A stretch of 33,470 nt of DNA from Chlorobiota bacterium (GTDB lineage Bacteria > Bacteroidota > Bacteroidia > Bacteroidales > JAADJA01), in the NCBI GenBank assembly GCA_030592565.1, contig JAUVIX010000001.1, positions 1 to 33,470 of the forward strand, given 5' to 3'. The translations under genes were made by a program, and so were the position numbers. The notes under the pieces were generated by a model. It saw only the letters and a program-made list of their open reading frames with translations. It was not told the DNA's origin and made no database searches. Positions 32,825-33,470 of this stretch are shown here, one piece after another; positions within the stretch are counted from its first letter, which is position 1, and each line of letters begins with the position of its first letter.

Positions 32825-33470
32825 GTGCGACATTTTTTTGCATACATATTCAAACATTATTTCTTTTTCCTATTTCTCATTCTTGAGTTGTTAGCCTTTT
32901 CATTTATTCTGCAAAACAACTTTCAGCGTGCAACTTATCTAAATTCAACCGGAACTATAACCGGTTCAATAATAAACTCATACAACAATATAACCGAATA
33001 TTTATCACTCAGAAAAGCCAACTCCGACCTTGTAAAAGAAAATGAAATTCTTCGAAATATGATTGCAGGTAATAATGAGAAAAGGTGGAATTTTGCTAAC
33101 AATTACATCTCAGATTCATCATTCAGGTACATTGGAGCCAAAGTCGTAAAAAACAGTATAAACCGACAAAAAAATTACATGATGCTCGACAAAGGCGCAA
33201 AGGATGGTATCGGAGTTGATATGGGAGTTGTGTCAATTAACGGTGTTGTCGGAACTGTAATTCATGTTTCAGATAATTATTCACTGGTAATGTCGGTTTT
33301 AAACATAAGTAATAAAATAAATGCCCGTATCAAAAAGAATAATCATATCGGGTCAATCGAATGGGATGGCAAAAACTACAGGAAAGGCATCTTAACCGAT
33401 ATACCGACTCACGTGATGATGTATAAGGGCGATACAATTGTCACAAGCGGAAATTCGCATATTTTTCCTA
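32825..33470 (+). CDS. mreC: Rod-shape-determining protein MreC, N-terminal part; the gene runs off the right edge
   Basis: Open to the window end, so absent from the ORF track. From the GTG at 32825 it reads MRHFFAYIFKHYFFFLFLILELLAFSFILQNNFQRATYLNS...ENEILRNMIAG...DKGAKDGIGVDMGVVSINGVVGTVIHVSDNYSLVM. This gives a TM helix, a coiled coil and a beta-domain in the position expected after mreB. An in-frame stop at 32795 leaves no upstream ATG. Confidence 0.8.
   Translation, partial: MRHFFAYIFKHYFFFLFLILELLAFSFILQNNFQRATYLNSTGTITGSIINSYNNITEYLSLRKANSDLVKENEILRNMIAGNNEKRWNFANNYISDSSFRYIGAKVVKNSINRQKNYMMLDKGAKDGIGVDMGVVSINGVVGTVIHVSDNYSLVMSVLNISNKINARIKKNNHIGSIEWDGKNYRKGILTDIPTHVMMYKGDTIVTSGNSHIFP

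Noticed and set aside
1-33470. Scan for CRISPR arrays, tRNA/rRNA/tmRNA genes, IS elements, integrases, toxin-antitoxin pairs and known defence-system genes
   Set aside because: I saw no regularly spaced 25-40-nt repeats with unique spacers, no cloverleaf-like sequences, and no transposase, integrase or nuclease/ATPase defence signatures in any long ORF. The only repeats are the three short intergenic arrays reported above.

Overview
AT-rich chromosomal segment of Bacteroidota type. Supporting signs are the purH-mreB-mreC and dut-TPR-DUF4292-M23 gene orders, a T9SS C-terminal sorting domain, a MurF-Alr fusion and repeated TAnnTTTG -7 promoter boxes. I call 27 protein-coding genes, two of them cut by the window edges and most on the minus strand. 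I found no rRNA, tRNA, CRISPR array, transposase or integrase. Most genes are housekeeping: rnr, murF/alr, pdxA, pepA, dut, recJ, purH, mreB and mreC. The best candidate for an undescribed system is the minus-strand operon at 20528-26607. It encodes a TetR regulator, a soluble LolA-like carrier, two LolC/E-like type-VII ABC permeases, a LolD-like ATPase and an outer-membrane beta-barrel, with no membrane-fusion protein and no TolC. Its architecture suggests a regulated Lol/Lpt-like route across the envelope for a hydrophobic cargo. Other items worth a second look: a 3-gene island of exported proteins (10849-14342); an XrtF-like exosortase without its usual partner, facing a polybasic membrane protein (2611-4639); a T9SS cargo with YadA-head-like repeats; and three unexplained intergenic repeat structures (16551-16620, 18961-19020, 21769-21831). 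All family assignments come from motif recognition by eye. No BLAST or HMM search was run. Several ORF-track starts are TTG codons that sit inside promoter boxes, so I moved those starts to the next ATG.
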